A DNA stretch of 64,000 bases from Actinomycetes bacterium (GTDB lineage: Bacteria > Actinomycetota > Actinomycetes > Actinomycetales > Cellulomonadaceae). Position numbers and translations under genes: made by a program. The first letter of the stretch is position 1, and each line of letters starts with the position of its first letter. The notes below the pieces were generated by a model that was given only the letters and a program-made list of their open reading frames with translations, was not told the DNA's origin and searched no databases. Below are positions 46,484-56,580 of the stretch, one piece after another. The DNA is taken from NCBI GenBank assembly GCA_023461115.1, contig JAEWOA010000259.1, forward strand, positions 7,244-71,243, in the 5' to 3' direction.

Positions 46484-46547
46484 CACGGATGGCACGCTCG
46501 CCGCCCGAGCGCCCCTCAGAGCCCTGGCGGCGAGCGTGCGATCCGTG
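46484..46547. repeat. 22-bp inverted repeat with a 20-nt loop between the ALDH and DUF779 genes
   Basis: CACGGATGGCACGCTCGCCGCC ... GGCGGCGAGCGTGCGATCCGTG with 1 mismatch. It shares the GAGCGTGC core with the 45.95-kb element. Confidence 0.85.
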
Positions 46548-46604
46548 GCCGGATGGGCGGACGACGCGCCCATCGCGGCTGTCAGTGACGACTGATCGCG
46601 CCCG

Positions 46605-48128
<1,524 letters not shown>

Positions 48129-48258
48129 ACGACGTGCTCCCTTTCGGACGTGCACGGGCGCGTGGGGTGGGGCGCCCGGGCGCGGCGTCATTGCCGCTCC
48201 TGATCCGGACGTTAGGGACACGCACGTTGCACGACCGTTGCAGGCCTCGCCCACTGCG

Positions 48259-48296
48259 CCAGCCCGCGCTGTCAGCCCGCGCCGTCAGCCTGCGAG
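48259..48296. repeat. Three tandem 12-13-nt units, (G/C)(T/C)CAGCC(C/T)GCG..
   Basis: CCAGCCCGCGCT / GTCAGCCCGCGCC / GTCAGCCTGCGAG. The last unit contains the nfo stop codon (48285-48287). Confidence 0.75.
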
Positions 48297-49046
48297 GGCC
48301 GCCTTGAGGTACGCGATGTCGGCGGCCTGCGCCTCGGCCGGCGTCTCGACGAGCGCGTCACACCCCGCCTCACGGACCACGTGCGCGAGCAGCTCCGCGG
48401 GGATCGTGCCGTCCGCGAAGCCCGCGTGCCGGTCCCTGCTGGAGCCCGCCTCGTCGCGCGAGTTGTTGGCGTGGACCAGGTCGATGCGGCCGGTGATCGC
48501 GCGGACGTCGTCGACCACGGTCTCCAGGTCGAGCCCCGCCGCCCACGCGTGGCACGTGTCCAGGCAGAACCCGACGTCGTAGCCGCCGATCGCTTCCCAC
48601 AGCAGCGCGATGCGGTCGAGCCCGCGCGCGCACGCGTTCTCGCCTCCGGCGGTGTTCTCGACGAGGACGCGGACCGGGAACGTCGCGCGATCGAACGTCT
48701 TGCGCCAGTTGTCGACGCCCACCGCGATGTCGTCGCCCTCGCCCACATGGCCGCCGTGCACGATCAGCCCCCGCGCGCCCAGGCCCGCGGCCGCCGCGCT
48801 GTGCTGCGCGATCATGGTGCGGCTCGGGATGCGGATGCGGTTGTTCGTCGACGCGACGTTGACCAGGTAAGGCGCGTGCACGTAGACACCCAGGCCGCTG
48901 GCGGTGATCGCGGCCGCGTCGTCGCGCGGCACGGGCTTCTTCCAGCCCTGCGGGTCCGCCAGGAACAGCTGCACGCAGTCCGCGCCGAGCTCCGCGGCGA
49001 TCCCCACCGGGTCGTCCCCGCGCGCATGCGCGCCGATCAGCACCAT
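48285..49046 (-). CDS. nfo: Endonuclease IV / AP endonuclease family 2 (xylose-isomerase-like TIM barrel)
   Basis: IGAH....G....A.E.GA...Q.F...PQ.W, HAPYLVN, VHGG, ENTAG, CLDTCH and HANNS metal-ligand motifs. Start at ATG 49046; an alternative TTG lies at 49076. Confidence 0.85.
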   Translation of the reverse strand: MVLIGAHARGDDPVGIAAELGADCVQLFLADPQGWKKPVPRDDAAAITASGLGVYVHAPYLVNVASTNNRIRIPSRTMIAQHSAAAAGLGARGLIVHGGHVGEGDDIAVGVDNWRKTFDRATFPVRVLVENTAGGENACARGLDRIALLWEAIGGYDVGFCLDTCHAWAAGLDLETVVDDVRAITGRIDLVHANNSRDEAGSSRDRHAGFADGTIPAELLAHVVREAGCDALVETPAEAQAADIAYLKAALAG

Positions 49047-49092
49047 GACCCCCAGGCTAGACGCCCCCACCGACAACGAAGGGCGAGCGGGG

Positions 49093-50352
49093 TCAGCGGG
49101 CAGCGTGCGGTGGCCGGGGCGGCAAGCCCAGGTCCGCCTCCAGGCGGCGCAGCTGTGAGTGGGCGCGCAAGTTGACCGCCGAGCCCGGCGCGCTCGCCGC
49201 GGCCAACGCCTGCCAGGCGCCGTAGTCCTCGAGGCCCTCCTCGGAGGCGGCCCACCGCACGATCACGCGCGGGTCCCTGGTCGCGAGCACCGCGGCGCGC
49301 ACCTCGTCGGCCACCACCGCGCGCACGCGCTCCACGCCGGGCGACGACGAACGCGGCAGCACCGGCCCGGAGTACGCCCCCACCGCCTCGGCGATCTCCC
49401 CGAGCGCGAGCGCGTCCTGGACCGCGTCGACATCGGTGCGCAGCACGCGCGTCAGGCGGTAGGGCCGGGACTCGGTGAGCAGCGGCCCGACGATCCGGCG
49501 CAGCCGCGACACCTCCGCCCGCACCGTCACCGCCGAGAGCTCGGACTCGCTCAGCATCACGGCGAGCTCGTCGGCGGTCAGGCCCGTGGCGTGCGTGGCC
49601 AGGAGCAGCAGGATCTCCGCGTGCCGGCCCGTGAGGCGGTGCGCCGCGCCGTCGAGCACGAGCGTGCCGCCCTGGCTGCCGAGCACGCGGAGCGTCGGCG
49701 GCGGCGGCCCCACCGGCACAGCCGATGGCGCCGGCGGCAACGACGCCTCGATCGCGCTCGCCGTGGCGCGCACGAGCTGCAGCGCGATGCCGGTGCCCAC
49801 CACGGGACCGCCCGTGATGTCGAGGACCCCGAGGATGCGTCCGCTCGAGTCGCGCAGCGGGGCGGCGGCGCACGCGAAGTCGTGCACGGGCACCGCCCAG
49901 TGCTCGGAGCCGACCACCTGCACGTCCCGGTTGGTCGCGAGCGCGGTGCCGGGCGCGTTGGTGCCCGCGCAGTCCTCGCTCCACACCGCACCCTCCACGA
50001 ACCCCACCGAGCCGACCGCGCGCTGCACCTTCCGGTCCCCCTCGACCCACAGCAGGCGGCCGGTGGCGTCGGTGAGCGCGGCGACCCACTGCGGGTCGGA
50101 CTCCAGCAGCAGCCGGCGGACCACGGGGATGGCGCCGGACACCGGGTTCTCGCGGCGCAGGCTCGCCAGGTCGTTCGTCGAGACGTCGACACGTGGCGCG
50201 GGGCGCTCGGGGTCGACGCCGCTGCGCTTGCTGCGGCGCCACGAGTCCATCACCAGGCTGCGGACCCGGCGCGCGGGAAGGCCGGTCGCGACGAACCTGG
50301 CGTGCGCCGCACGCACGTCGGCCGCGGGCCGGTCGTCGGTTGTCGTCGACAC
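49093..50352 (-). CDS. GAF-domain transcriptional regulator (AcoR-N-like sensor plus a C-terminal winged-helix-like region)
   Basis: MDSWRRSKRSGVDP...VGFVEGAVWSEDCAGTNAPGTALA...GRILGVLDITG is typical of acetoin/ethanol-type GAF regulators. GGGAGG RBS before GTG 50352. The 709-aa track ORF is over-extended. Confidence 0.7.
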   Translation of the reverse strand: MSTTTDDRPAADVRAAHARFVATGLPARRVRSLVMDSWRRSKRSGVDPERPAPRVDVSTNDLASLRRENPVSGAIPVVRRLLLESDPQWVAALTDATGRLLWVEGDRKVQRAVGSVGFVEGAVWSEDCAGTNAPGTALATNRDVQVVGSEHWAVPVHDFACAAAPLRDSSGRILGVLDITGGPVVGTGIALQLVRATASAIEASLPPAPSAVPVGPPPPTLRVLGSQGGTLVLDGAAHRLTGRHAEILLLLATHATGLTADELAVMLSESELSAVTVRAEVSRLRRIVGPLLTESRPYRLTRVLRTDVDAVQDALALGEIAEAVGAYSGPVLPRSSSPGVERVRAVVADEVRAAVLATRDPRVIVRWAASEEGLEDYGAWQALAAASAPGSAVNLRAHSQLRRLEADLGLPPRPPHAAR

Positions 50353-50521
50353 GCGCACCTCCCACTGCCGGGGAAGCGCACACGATCCTCGTTGACCGCG
50401 GCGCTCGTCCTCCCGAGTGTAGGGACGAAAGTCCCGTGGCGGCAGGGCGGGAGCGGTCCCGAGCCCGCCGGCAGCGGGTGATGCTCCGCGCAACCGATCG
50501 GACCGCGCCCGCTCGGAGATG

Positions 50522-50546
50522 CTGACGTTCTGTGCCAAGATGTCAG
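50522..50546 (+). promoter_or_regulatory. Imperfect palindrome abutting the TetR start (candidate TetR operator)
   Basis: CTGACGTTCTG-tgc-CAAGATGTCAG. It ends 1 nt before ATG 50548, and the embedded CAAGAT could be a -10 for a leaderless transcript. Confidence 0.4.
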
Positions 50547-50547
50547 A

Positions 50548-51165
50548 ATGCCCAAGATCATCGGCGGATCGCTCCACGAGCACCGCGAGCAGACGCGGCT
50601 CCGGCTGTTCGAGTCGCTCAACACGCTCATGGCCGAGCGTGGCTTCGACGCCATCACACTCGCCGAGATCGCCGCCGACGCAGGAGTCGGCCGCACCGCT
50701 GTCTACAACCACTTCCCCGACAAGGAAGCGCTGCTCCTGGGCTTCATCACCCACGAGACCGAGCAGTACGCGGCGTCCCTCCAGCGCTCGCTCGACGACA
50801 TCCGCGACCCCGTCGAGCAGCTCTCCACCTACGTGCGCCAGCAGGCCAACCTCAAGCGCGTCTACCACGTGGCCCCCGGGCCCGAGCTGCGGTCCGTGCT
50901 GTCCCGCGCCACCGCGCAGCGCGTGCGCGAGCACGTCGTGATCGTCGAGCAGATCCTGCGCGGCATCCTCGCCGCGGGCATCGAGTCGGGCGCATTCCCG
51001 CAGCAGGACCTGGACGTCACCGTGCCGCTCGTCAACGCCTGCCTGTCCGGGCGCGGTGTGCCCGACGACGGCCCCGAGCGCGAACGCGCGATCGCCCAGA
51101 CGGAGACGTTCGTGCTGCGCGCTGTGGGCGCCGCGCTGCCCGCGCCGGACCTCGTCTCCGCGTGA
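50548..51165 (+). CDS. TetR/AcrR family transcriptional regulator
   Basis: N-terminal HTH FDAITLAEIAADAGVGRTAVYNHFPDKEALL. 205 aa. Confidence 0.9.
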   Translation: MPKIIGGSLHEHREQTRLRLFESLNTLMAERGFDAITLAEIAADAGVGRTAVYNHFPDKEALLLGFITHETEQYAASLQRSLDDIRDPVEQLSTYVRQQANLKRVYHVAPGPELRSVLSRATAQRVREHVVIVEQILRGILAAGIESGAFPQQDLDVTVPLVNACLSGRGVPDDGPERERAIAQTETFVLRAVGAALPAPDLVSA

Positions 51166-52391
51166 CGCGCGCCAACCCGGGCCGGGGCCGCTCCACCGCC
51201 TCCGGACGGCGGTTCGAGGCACGGCCGGCGGGAGGAACCACCGACCCCAGGTCGAACCGCCGACCAGGCCGGGATGCCGGCGCGCGCGGGAGCGGCGGCG
51301 GTGGCGGCGAGGGCCGCGCGACCGTCGTCGAGCTGACGTTCCTGCCCGGGCTAGGGGACGTGGTCGCCGCCGAGATCGACGAGGTGCTGCGGCCCGCCAA
51401 GCCCGCGGCGCCGGCGCCCGGGCGCGACGACGCGCTCGTCGTCACACTGCAAGGCCCGCTCGCGGACGTGCGGCGCCTAAGGACCGCGGTCGCCGCGTTC
51501 GTCAGCCTGCACTTCGACGTGCCCAGGCCCAAGTCGCTGGTCAGCGGCGAGCACCTGCCGCGCATCGTCGACGCGGTGTACGCGTCGCTGCGGGTCGCGG
51601 GCTCGTCGTCGTTCCGCTTCGAGGCCGCGGGCTCCGACTCGGCGGTGTTCGCGCGCCTGGCGCAGGAACTCCGCCAGGCCACGGGCCTCAAGTACGACGA
51701 GCGCGACGGCGAGCTCGTGGTCCGCGTCCGACGCGGCCCCCGCCGCGGGGACGCCGACCCCGGGTGGGACGTGCTGGTGCGGGTGGGGCCGCGGCCGCTG
51801 TCCGCACGAGCCTGGCGCGTGGCCGACTACCCCGGCGCGGTCAACGCGACGATCGCCGCGGCCATGGTGCGCCTGGGCGGAGTGCGCGACGACCAGCGCG
51901 TGATCAACCTGTGCTGCGGCTCCGGAACTCTGCTGATCGAACGCCTCCTGGCCGGGCCCGCCGCCGCCGCGCTCGGGCTGGACACCTCCGACGACGCGCT
52001 GGCGATCGCCGCCGACAACACCGAGGCCGCCGGGCTCAAGCGCGCCGTGCGCCTGACCAGGGCGGACGCCACCGCCCCGACGAAGTGGCCCACCCCCGCA
52101 GCCCCCAGCGCCGCACCGGGCGACGACGGCTGGGACCTGGTGCTGGCCGATCCACCGTGGGGCGGGTTGCACGGGTCGCACGCGGATGCCGAACGGCTGC
52201 ACGGAGGGCTGCTCACCGCCGCCCACAAGCGGACGGCGGACGGCGCGCGTTTCGTCGTGCTGACGCACGAGGTCAAAGTCATGCAGCGGTGCCTGCGCGC
52301 CGCCGCGGGCCAATGGCGTGTGGCCGACGAAGTGCGGGTGTTCGCCAAGGGCCACCACCCGCGGATCTGGGTGCTAGACCGCGTCGGCTGA
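51162..52391 (+). CDS. THUMP-like / class I SAM-dependent methyltransferase
   Basis: Motif I VINLCCGSGTLLIE and motif IV LADPPWG. The start is uncertain: the only in-frame start upstream of the conserved part is GTG 51162 (a GTGA overlap with the TetR stop), which gives an Arg/Gly-rich leader of about 55 aa. Confidence 0.7.
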   Translation: MTRANPGRGRSTASGRRFEARPAGGTTDPRSNRRPGRDAGARGSGGGGGEGRATVVELTFLPGLGDVVAAEIDEVLRPAKPAAPAPGRDDALVVTLQGPLADVRRLRTAVAAFVSLHFDVPRPKSLVSGEHLPRIVDAVYASLRVAGSSSFRFEAAGSDSAVFARLAQELRQATGLKYDERDGELVVRVRRGPRRGDADPGWDVLVRVGPRPLSARAWRVADYPGAVNATIAAAMVRLGGVRDDQRVINLCCGSGTLLIERLLAGPAAAALGLDTSDDALAIAADNTEAAGLKRAVRLTRADATAPTKWPTPAAPSAAPGDDGWDLVLADPPWGGLHGSHADAERLHGGLLTAAHKRTADGARFVVLTHEVKVMQRCLRAAAGQWRVADEVRVFAKGHHPRIWVLDRVG

Positions 52392-53546
52392 CCGCCGCGC
52401 CCGCGACGAGGGCTCGGCGGCGCCTGCGCGCTCCGGCTGCGCGTCCGGCTCCTGCTGCGGCTGCGGCTGCGGCTCTGGCTGTGGCTCCGGCGGCTTCGAC
52501 GACGAGGCGGGCGCCTGCGACGCCGAGTTGTAGTCGTCGATCCAGCGGTCGATGCGCAGCCAGTGGTCGAACAGCCACGACTCCTGCTCGGCTCGCTCGC
52601 GCGGGATGTCGGCGGGCTGCACCGACCACCCCTTCATGATGATCCGCTTGTCCATCGGCAGCTCACGCCAGATGTCCCGCACGGTGACCAGCCGGTCCAG
52701 CCCGGTGTGCGCGACGAACACCACACCTGCCGCGGGCGCCTCGTCGAGCGCCGACAACACCCCGCCCGCATGCGGCGCCATCACGTTCGTCATCTGCTCG
52801 GCCTGCGCCGCGAGCTCGGGGCGGCCGTCGGCGCGCAGCGCCTCGATGCGCGCGATCCGCCGGTGCGGCGTCACGTTCCCGCCCTCGGGGAAGATCAGCA
52901 GCGCGCTCTCGTCGTCGAGCCCGTGCGCCAGCTGCCCGACGGCCGACGCGAGGCCGGGCGACCCGTGCCGCCGCGCCTTGCGCGGGGTGATGAACTGCGT
53001 GGGCAGGCGGTTGAGCAGCACGTCGATCGCCGGGTCCCACTGCAACGTGTCCTTCAAGACGATGCGCGGGCGCCGGTCGAACCAGTTGAGCAGCGCATGG
53101 ACCAGGATGAACGAGTCGCCCGGGCCCGCGTGGCGGGACGCGACGATGATGGGGCGCCCGCGCAGCACGTTGCCGAGGTCCGCGTCGACCACCTCGATCT
53201 CGAGCCGTAGCGTCCAATGCACCTGCCAGAACAGGAAGCGCAGCATCGCGCGGGCCAGCGCGTAGTGCGCGCGCTGGAACACCGGACGCCGCACGGCGTA
53301 CCCGAACCCCGAGCCGACCCACAGCCCGAACGCCGCCAGCAGCGTCGCCGCGTCCCAGATCACGTACAGGCTGGCCATCCACAGCACGCGCGGGATGCGC
53401 AGCTTGCCGGGGGTGATCCAGCTCAGCACGCCTCCGACCAGCACGATCAGCATGAGCGTCGTCGGGATCAACGCGGCCGCGATCACCACCACCGCGGGCG
53501 CGAGCACCACGCGGCGGATCCATCGGGGCGGCAGCCGCCAGCTCAT
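52374..53546 (-). CDS. Lysophospholipid (1-acyl-sn-glycerol-3-phosphate) acyltransferase, PlsC family
   Basis: 390 aa from ATG 53546. Two or three N-terminal TM helices, HX4D motif SRHAGPGD, and FPEGG. The PEPQPEPQPQPQ low-complexity C-tail overlaps the convergent methyltransferase gene by 18 nt. Confidence 0.8.
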   Translation of the reverse strand: MSWRLPPRWIRRVVLAPAVVVIAAALIPTTLMLIVLVGGVLSWITPGKLRIPRVLWMASLYVIWDAATLLAAFGLWVGSGFGYAVRRPVFQRAHYALARAMLRFLFWQVHWTLRLEIEVVDADLGNVLRGRPIIVASRHAGPGDSFILVHALLNWFDRRPRIVLKDTLQWDPAIDVLLNRLPTQFITPRKARRHGSPGLASAVGQLAHGLDDESALLIFPEGGNVTPHRRIARIEALRADGRPELAAQAEQMTNVMAPHAGGVLSALDEAPAAGVVFVAHTGLDRLVTVRDIWRELPMDKRIIMKGWSVQPADIPRERAEQESWLFDHWLRIDRWIDDYNSASQAPASSSKPPEPQPEPQPQPQQEPDAQPERAGAAEPSSRARRSADAV

Positions 53547-53586
53547 GCGCCCACTGTGCTCTCTGCGCTCATGCGTCCTCCAGTGG

Positions 53587-54405
53587 TCAGGCGTCCTCGA
53601 GGTACGCCTTCGTCGCGGAATACGCGCGCTCGATGCGCGCGCGGGTGGCGTCCATGCGGCGGTACGCGCTGATCTTGTCGTCGCCCTTGCCCGGGCCGCC
53701 CGACGGCAGCACGTGCACGGACACGCCCTCGGGCAGGTCGTCGATCTCACGCGAGAACCTGTGGCGGCGCGCGATCTCGAAGCTCACGCGCGCGACCTGG
53801 CTGGGCTTGTCCGGCGCGACCAGCTGCTCCTCGACCCTGCCGACCTGCAGCACGTAGATCCTGGTGGCGCCGCGTCTGACCGCCTCGCCCAGCGGGATGG
53901 AGTTGACGATCCCGCCGTCGACGAAGTGCTCGCCGTTGATCTCGGTGGGCGGCAGCACGCCGGGCACCGACGACGAGGCCAGCACCGCCGGGATGACCAG
54001 GCCCTCGTCGAACCAGCGCTCCGCGGCCCGCTCGATGCACGCGGCCGCCACCGCGAGCGGCACCTGGAGCTCCTTGAACTCGGTGTCCGCGCCGATCATG
54101 CCGGCGATCAGCTCGCGCAACGGCGCGGGGTCGTTGAGGTGTGTCCGGGACTTGGCCAGGCGCGCGAGCTGCTTGGGCCACGAGTCCCCGTACACCGCGG
54201 CGGCCGCCGGGGAGGCCCACGCCTCGACGAGCTTGTCGACGACCCCGGGTGTCGGGTCCGCGGCCAGCGCGGCGCCGTTGATGGCCCCGATCGACGTCCC
54301 GACGATGGTGTCCGGGCGCACGCCGGCCTCGAACAGCGCCTGGATCATGCCGACCTGCACGGCGCCACGCACCCCGCCGCCACCGAGGACGAATCCGACA
54401 GTCAC
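53587..54405 (-). CDS. Patatin-like phospholipase
   Basis: GGGGVRG oxyanion motif, GTSIG nucleophile elbow and a DGG motif. Start taken at GTG 54405. Confidence 0.85.
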   Translation of the reverse strand: MTVGFVLGGGGVRGAVQVGMIQALFEAGVRPDTIVGTSIGAINGAALAADPTPGVVDKLVEAWASPAAAAVYGDSWPKQLARLAKSRTHLNDPAPLRELIAGMIGADTEFKELQVPLAVAAACIERAAERWFDEGLVIPAVLASSSVPGVLPPTEINGEHFVDGGIVNSIPLGEAVRRGATRIYVLQVGRVEEQLVAPDKPSQVARVSFEIARRHRFSREIDDLPEGVSVHVLPSGGPGKGDDKISAYRRMDATRARIERAYSATKAYLEDA

Positions 54406-54420
54406 GGCCCGATCGTGGCA

Positions 54421-54627
54421 CACCGCCCCCGCCCGCGCCGTCCCGCACGGTCCCACGCGGCCCCGCGCCGTCGCGTTCGGACCGGATCGCCGGCCCCGGA
54501 CCGAATTGGTGGCCCCGGACCAGTGCATGCCACGGTCCGGCGCTACGGAACCGGTCCGGCGGCGGGGAACCGGTCCGGCGGCGCGGAACCGGGGGCGGGC
54601 GGGGAGCCCGGCCGGGGGGCGTCGGGG
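54421..54627. repeat. Composite element: C-tract, three direct CCGGACC copies, a GCATGC centre, three or four inverted GGTCCGG copies, then a G-tract
   Basis: TTCGGACCGGAT, GGCCCCGGACCGAAT and GGCCCCGGACCAGT | GCATGC | CACGGTCCGGCG, GGAACCGGTCCGGCGGCG x2, and CGGAACCGGGGGCGG. Flanked by C-rich sequence (54421-70) and G-rich sequence (54590-627). Confidence 0.9.
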
Positions 54628-54638
54628 AGAATGGGCGC

Positions 54639-56561
54639 GTGGAATCCCGGGAGCTGCCTCGTGTTCGTGCGTCCGAGCTGGTGGGCCGGGGGTGGCTGAA
54701 CACCGGCGGGCGGGCGGTGACCCTCGCGGACCTGCGCGGCAAGGTCGTCGTCCTGGACTTCTGGACGTTCTGCTGCGTGAACTGCCTGCACGTGCTCGAC
54801 GAGCTCCGCGCCGTCGAGGAGGAGTTCAGCGACGTCCTCGTCGTCGTCGGCGTGCACTCCCCCAAGTTCGCGCACGAGGCCGACGCCGACGCGCTCGCGG
54901 CCGCCGTCGAGCGGTACGAGGTGCACCACCCCGTGCTCGACGACCCTGAGCTCGTCACGTGGCAGGCGTACACCGCGCGCGCCTGGCCGACGCTCGTGGT
55001 GATCGACCCCGAGGGGTACGTCGTGGCGCAGATGGCCGGCGAGGGCCACCGGCACAACGTCGAGGTGCTGGTGCGGCGGCTCGTCGCGGAGCACGAGGCC
55101 AAGGGCACGCTGCACCGTGGCGACGGCCCCTACGTGCCGCCGGCCCCCGCCGAGGGGACCCTGCGGTTCCCCGCGAAGGCCGTGGTGCTGCCCGGCGGGA
55201 ACCTGCTGGTCGCGGACGCGGGGCACCACAGCCTGGCGGAGTTGGCGCCCGACGGCGAGACGCTCGTGCGGCGCATCGGCTCCGGCGCCCGCGGTCTCGT
55301 GGACGGCGGCCCCGACGACGCGCGCTTCAGTGAGCCCAACGGCCTGTGCCTGGCGCCCGACGACGTGCGCGCCGCGCTCGGCTACGACGTGGTGGTCGCC
55401 GACACCGTGAACCACGCGCTGCGCGGGGTGCGGCTGTCCGACGGCCAGGTGCGCACGATCGCCGGGACGGGCTCGCAGTACATGGTCGGGGCCCCGGCCA
55501 ACGGGCCGTCGGCCGGCGCCGCTCAGGTCCCCTACCTGGGGGCGCCCACCGGAGTGCACCTGTCGTCGCCGTGGGATGTGGTCTGGTCGGCGGAGCTGGG
55601 GGCGTTCGTCGTCGCGATGGCCGGGCACCACACGCTGTGGGCGTTCGACCCGACGGCCGAGACACTGCGGCACCTCGGCGGGACCTTCAACGAGGGCTTG
55701 CGCGACGGCCCGCTCGCCGACGCATGGTTCGCGCAGCCGTCCGGGCTCGCGCGCGACGACGACGGCCGCCTCTGGATCGCGGACTCCGAGACCTCCGCGC
55801 TGCGCTGGGTGGATCCGACGACCGGCACTGTCCACACCGCAGTCGGCGCGGGGCTGTTCGAGTTCGGGCACCGCGACGGCGCCGCGGCCGAGGCCCGTCT
55901 GCAGCACCCCCTGGGCGTCGCCGTCCTACCCGACAGCTCGGTGGCGATCGCGGACACCTACAACGGCGCCGTCCGCCGCTACGACCCCCTCGCCCGGACG
56001 GTCTCGACGCTGGCCAGCGGCCTGGCGGAGCCGAGCGGGCTGATCGTCGTCCCCGCCTCGGCCGGTGCGGACGCCGGTCCGGAGGCGGGCGAGTCGGCGC
56101 GCGGCGGTGCGAGCCTGGTCGTCGTCGAGTCCGCCGCGCACCGGATCACGCGGCTCCCGGTGGATCTCGCGGCGGCCGCGTCGGTGGACGGCGGCGCCCA
56201 CCGGACCGCCCGGCCCGTCACCGACGTCGGCGTCGAGGTCGCGCTGGACGTCGTGTTCACCCCGGCCGCGGGCCAGAAGTACGACGACCGGTACGGCCCG
56301 TCCACGCGGCTGCAGGTCTCGTCGACACCGCCTGCCCTCCTGTTGGCAGGCGCCGGGGAGTCGGTGCCGCTCACGCGCGCGCTTCGCCTGGACCCCGAGG
56401 TGGGCGGCGGCGTCCTCCACGTCACCGCGCACGCGGCCAGCTGCGACGACGACCCGGCCATCGAGTACCCGGCGTGCCACCTGAACGCGCAGGACTGGGG
56501 CATCCCGGTGACGGTGACCCCGGCGGGCGCGGCCACACTCACGCTCCCGCTCCACGGCTGA
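54639..56561 (+). CDS. Thioredoxin-like (redoxin) domain fused to an NHL-repeat beta-propeller
   Basis: VVLDFWTFCCVNCLHVLDEL, with a CxxC-like CVNC. This is followed by NHL-type repeats (FSEPNGL, LSSPWDV, FAQPSGL, LQHPLGV, LAEPSGL). 640 aa. Confidence 0.8.
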   Translation: MESRELPRVRASELVGRGWLNTGGRAVTLADLRGKVVVLDFWTFCCVNCLHVLDELRAVEEEFSDVLVVVGVHSPKFAHEADADALAAAVERYEVHHPVLDDPELVTWQAYTARAWPTLVVIDPEGYVVAQMAGEGHRHNVEVLVRRLVAEHEAKGTLHRGDGPYVPPAPAEGTLRFPAKAVVLPGGNLLVADAGHHSLAELAPDGETLVRRIGSGARGLVDGGPDDARFSEPNGLCLAPDDVRAALGYDVVVADTVNHALRGVRLSDGQVRTIAGTGSQYMVGAPANGPSAGAAQVPYLGAPTGVHLSSPWDVVWSAELGAFVVAMAGHHTLWAFDPTAETLRHLGGTFNEGLRDGPLADAWFAQPSGLARDDDGRLWIADSETSALRWVDPTTGTVHTAVGAGLFEFGHRDGAAAEARLQHPLGVAVLPDSSVAIADTYNGAVRRYDPLARTVSTLASGLAEPSGLIVVPASAGADAGPEAGESARGGASLVVVESAAHRITRLPVDLAAAASVDGGAHRTARPVTDVGVEVALDVVFTPAAGQKYDDRYGPSTRLQVSSTPPALLLAGAGESVPLTRALRLDPEVGGGVLHVTAHAASCDDDPAIEYPACHLNAQDWGIPVTVTPAGAATLTLPLHG

Positions 56562-56580
56562 CAGCGGCCCCTGGCCGGGG

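Noticed and set aside
52440-52500. A tandem CTGCGG/CTGTGG hexanucleotide DNA repeat as a non-coding repeat element.
   Set aside because: It lies within the PlsC reading frame and encodes the PEPQPEPQPQPQ low-complexity tail. I treat it as a coding microsatellite rather than a separate element.
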